DNA of 64,000 nt from Alcanivorax sp. (GTDB lineage Bacteria > Pseudomonadota > Gammaproteobacteria > Pseudomonadales > Alcanivoracaceae). The first letter of the stretch is position 1, and the number at the start of each line of letters is the position of its first letter. The notes under the pieces were generated by a model. That model was not told where the DNA came from. It worked only from the letters and a program-made list of their open reading frames with translations, and made no database searches. Made by a program: the position numbers and the translations under genes. The stretch is taken from NCBI GenBank assembly GCA_036276955.1, contig DASUNW010000063.1, positions 202 to 64,201 of the forward strand, written 5' to 3'. Shown here in pieces: positions 59,958 to 64,000 of this stretch.

Positions 59958-62273
59958 TCAGACCGGCGGCGGCGCGATGACTTCGCGCTGACCGTTATGC
60001 CCGGCTTCGGACACCACGCCGGCCATTTCCATGGCCTCCACCAGGCGCGCCGCCCGGTTGTAGCCGATCTTGAGTTTACGTTGCACCGAAGAGATGGACG
60101 CACGCCGGGACTGGGTGACATAGGCCACCGCCTCGTCGTACAGCGGGTCGTCTTCCTCGCCGCCGCCGGCGCCTTCCATGCCCGGCAGGGGCGCGGACAA
60201 ATCCGAGCCGCCTTCCAGAATCTCCTCCAGGTAATCCGGTTCGCCGCGCTTGCGCCAGTCGTCGCAAACCCGGTGCACCTCTTCATCTGAGACAAAAGCG
60301 CCGTGCACCCGTTCCGGCATGCTGGTGCCGGCGGGCAAATAAAGCATGTCGCCGTGACCGAGAAGCTGCTCGGCGCCGCCCTGATCAAGCACCGTGCGCG
60401 AGTCGATCTTGGAGGACACCTGGAAGCCGATACGCGACGGCACGTTGGCCTTGATCAGGCCGGTGATCACGTCCACCGACGGGCGCTGGGTGGCGAGAAT
60501 CAGATGGATGCCGGCGGCGCGGGCCTTCTGGGCAATGCGGGCGATCAGCTCTTCCACCTTCTTGCCGACGATCATCATCATGTCGGCGAATTCGTCGATA
60601 ACGATGACGATATAGGGCAGCTTGACCGCCAACGGCGCCTCTTCACTCAGGTCCATGGGGTCGTTCGGCTTCCACAGCGGGTCCTTGAGCGGCTCGCCTT
60701 TCTTCTCCGCTTCGGCCAGCTTGCGGTTGTAGCCGGCGATATTACGCACGCCCACGGAGGCCATCAGCCGGTAACGACGCTCCATTTCACCCACGCCCCA
60801 GCGCAGAGCGCTGGCCGCTTCCTTCATATCCGTGACCACCGGCGTGAGCAGATGCGGGATGCCGTCGTAGACCGCCAATTCCAGCATCTTCGGGTCGATC
60901 AGAATCATCCGCACGTCTTCGGGGTTGGCCTTGAACATCAGCGACAGCAGCATCGCGTTCAGGCCCACGGATTTACCGGAACCGGTGGTGCCGGCCACCA
61001 GCAGGTGGGGCATCTTGCCGAGATCGGCCATCACCGGATTGCCGGAAATATCCTTGCCGAGCGCCAGGGTCAGCGGCGAACCGGCGTCGTCGAACATGCG
61101 CGAGCCGACCACTTCGGTGAGGCGGATCATCTCGCGTTGCTCGTTGGGGATCTCGATGCCGACGGTGGTCTTGCCGGGGATCACTTCCACCACCCGCACG
61201 CTGATCACCGCCAGGGAGCGGGCCAGGTCCTTGGCCAGGTTGCTGATTTTGGAGACCTTGATGCCCGCCGCCGGTTGGATTTCGAAACGGGTGATCACCG
61301 GGCCGGGCTGCACCGCCACCACCTCGGCGTCCACGTTGAAGTCCTTGAGCTTGATCTCCAGCAGGCGGGACATGGCGTCCAGGGCTTCCTCGGAATACCC
61401 CCCCTTGCTCTGGTCGTCCACCGCGTCGAGCAGTTCCAGCGGCGGCAGGTCGCCGCTCACCTTGGCCGTGAACAGAGTGCGCTGCTTCTCTTTTTGCGCC
61501 CGTTCGCTCTTTTCCACCGGCTTGGCAAGCTGGCCGATCTTGGGCGGAGTACGGTTCTGCTGTTTCTTCTTCGCTTCGGTGACCACCTGGGCGCGCTTGT
61601 GGCGCGCTTCCCGGGCGACCCGGCGCTCGGCACGCTGCTCGCGCCGCTGGACAAACCAGGCCGGGACTTTCTGGCCGATCCCCAACACCAGGGCGCCGAG
61701 GCGCTCGGTGAGGACGATCCAGGAAAGGTCGGTGAACACGGTGACCCCGATCAGAAACAGCGCCACCATCACCAGCGTTCCACCCAGGGCATTGAACGCC
61801 GCCAGCGAGGACTGGCCGACCACCTGGCCGAGAATGCCGCCGGCGTCCTCGGGCAGGGACAGGCCGACACCGGAGAAGTGCATGTAGGCCAGCGCGGTGC
61901 CGCTCATCATGGTCAGCACGAAGCCCACCAGCCGCAGGCTGAACAGCGGCCAGCTGCCCGCCAGCCCGGCGTGGCGCTCGCGCAGCACCTTGAAGGCCCA
62001 GAACGCCACCAGCACCGGGAACACATAGGCCATGTAGCCGAACAGCCCGAGCAGCAGATCGGCGCAGAAGGCGCCCGCGCGCCCGCCGGCGTTCTGCACC
62101 TGGCCGGCGTCGCCCACATAGGACCAGCCCGGATCACTACTGTCGTAGGTGACCAGGGCCAGCAACAGATACAGCGACAGAGCGATCAGCGCGATCACCA
62201 TGCCTTCCATCAGGCCTTTCTTGAGATGGCGGGAAAACCCGGACGGTTTCGCGCCGGCGGCTGCCTTGGTCAC
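59958..62273 (-). CDS. ftsK: DNA translocase FtsK
   Basis: N-terminal TM domain, [25 protein letters not shown], gamma domain IGYNRAAR. Confidence 0.97.
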   Translation of the reverse strand: MTKAAAGAKPSGFSRHLKKGLMEGMVIALIALSLYLLLALVTYDSSDPGWSYVGDAGQVQNAGGRAGAFCADLLLGLFGYMAYVFPVLVAFWAFKVLRERHAGLAGSWPLFSLRLVGFVLTMMSGTALAYMHFSGVGLSLPEDAGGILGQVVGQSSLAAFNALGGTLVMVALFLIGVTVFTDLSWIVLTERLGALVLGIGQKVPAWFVQRREQRAERRVAREARHKRAQVVTEAKKKQQNRTPPKIGQLAKPVEKSERAQKEKQRTLFTAKVSGDLPPLELLDAVDDQSKGGYSEEALDAMSRLLEIKLKDFNVDAEVVAVQPGPVITRFEIQPAAGIKVSKISNLAKDLARSLAVISVRVVEVIPGKTTVGIEIPNEQREMIRLTEVVGSRMFDDAGSPLTLALGKDISGNPVMADLGKMPHLLVAGTTGSGKSVGLNAMLLSLMFKANPEDVRMILIDPKMLELAVYDGIPHLLTPVVTDMKEAASALRWGVGEMERRYRLMASVGVRNIAGYNRKLAEAEKKGEPLKDPLWKPNDPMDLSEEAPLAVKLPYIVIVIDEFADMMMIVGKKVEELIARIAQKARAAGIHLILATQRPSVDVITGLIKANVPSRIGFQVSSKIDSRTVLDQGGAEQLLGHGDMLYLPAGTSMPERVHGAFVSDEEVHRVCDDWRKRGEPDYLEEILEGGSDLSAPLPGMEGAGGGEEDDPLYDEAVAYVTQSRRASISSVQRKLKIGYNRAARLVEAMEMAGVVSEAGHNGQREVIAPPPV

Positions 62274-62432
62274 TCGAGGCCTCTTACGTTGGTCAAACCC
62301 ATTTCTTAGGAGTCCTGCCTAACAATTTGAAAACACAGGGATTGTAGTCAATCCGGGCGCCATGAACCAGCGACACCGGCCTGATCCGCCTGGCCCGTCA
62401 CCCCGGCTTGGCGTTCCCTATCGAAGCCATAG

Positions 62433-63521
<1,089 letters not shown>

Positions 63522-63528
63522 CCGGAGA

Positions 63529-64000
63529 GTGATTCCCTGGCTGCCGCCGGGAAGTGACTTCCCACCGCTCGAGGAGGCCCTGGACGATCCCAACGGCCTG
63601 CTCGCCGCCGGCAATGATCTGGCGCCGGATACACTGATTCGCGCCTACACCCGGGGTATTTTCCCCTGGTACGATCCCAGCCAGCCGGTGCTCTGGTGGG
63701 CCCCCAATCCCCGGTGCGTGTTCCGCCCCGGGGATTTTCATATCAGCCGCCGGCTCGGCCGGCATCTGCGTAACGCCGACCTGACCTTCCACCTGGACCG
63801 TGACTTCGAGCAGGTGATCGACGTGTGCGCGGCGCCACGGGATGACGACGGCGGCACCTGGATCACCCCGGAGATGCGTTCCGCCTACCTGCGGCTGCAC
63901 GCCCTCGGCCATGCCCATTGCGTCACCGTGTTCGAGGACGGCGAGCTGGCCGGCGGCCTGTACGGCGTGCAGCTGGGCGGCGTGTTGTTCGGCGAATCCA
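63529..64000 (+). CDS. aat: leucyl/phenylalanyl-tRNA-protein transferase (3' end outside window)
   Basis: GTG start; PNGLLAAG.DL, AY..GIFPWY, LWW.P.PR, GTWIT, GGLYGV..G..FGES. Confidence 0.92.
   Translation, partial: MIPWLPPGSDFPPLEEALDDPNGLLAAGNDLAPDTLIRAYTRGIFPWYDPSQPVLWWAPNPRCVFRPGDFHISRRLGRHLRNADLTFHLDRDFEQVIDVCAAPRDDDGGTWITPEMRSAYLRLHALGHAHCVTVFEDGELAGGLYGVQLGGVLFGES

Overview
A GC-rich gammaproteobacterial chromosome window; gene content and order suggest Alcanivoracaceae/Oceanospirillales, which is inference only. In order it holds: a 2-methylcitrate operon (GntR-prpB-prpC-acnD) with two perfect operator palindromes; pabB, thrH, cysB, a 5'-nucleotidase and an AlgP/H1-like protein; mtnABDC; rlmG; tRNA-Pro; a DUF6580 membrane protein divergent from metH; a tightly packed ~17.4 kb minus-strand run (hybrid kinase-CheR-REC-CheB-REC/PAS/PilZ, then gspEFGHIJKLM, a Lit-like protein and a PEP-synthase/RPH-like protein lacking its catalytic motifs); gacA-uvrC-pgsA-tRNA Gly/Cys/Leu; cstA-CC*-ArsA/Get3; a GldA/GldFG/DUF4340 module; tRNA-Ser, yccA-tusDCB without tusE; and cysG, serS, rarA, lolA, ftsK, trxB, aat. 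I saw no integrase, transposase, rRNA or CRISPR array. The best candidate for an undescribed system is the receptor-less CheR/CheB kinase cassette ending in a REC-PAS-PilZ protein that abuts the T2SS genes. Other candidates are the CstA-CC*-Get3 operon with an in-frame TGA, and a dispersed family of nested heptamer inverted-repeat elements. All family calls are by-eye motif recognition; no searches were run.
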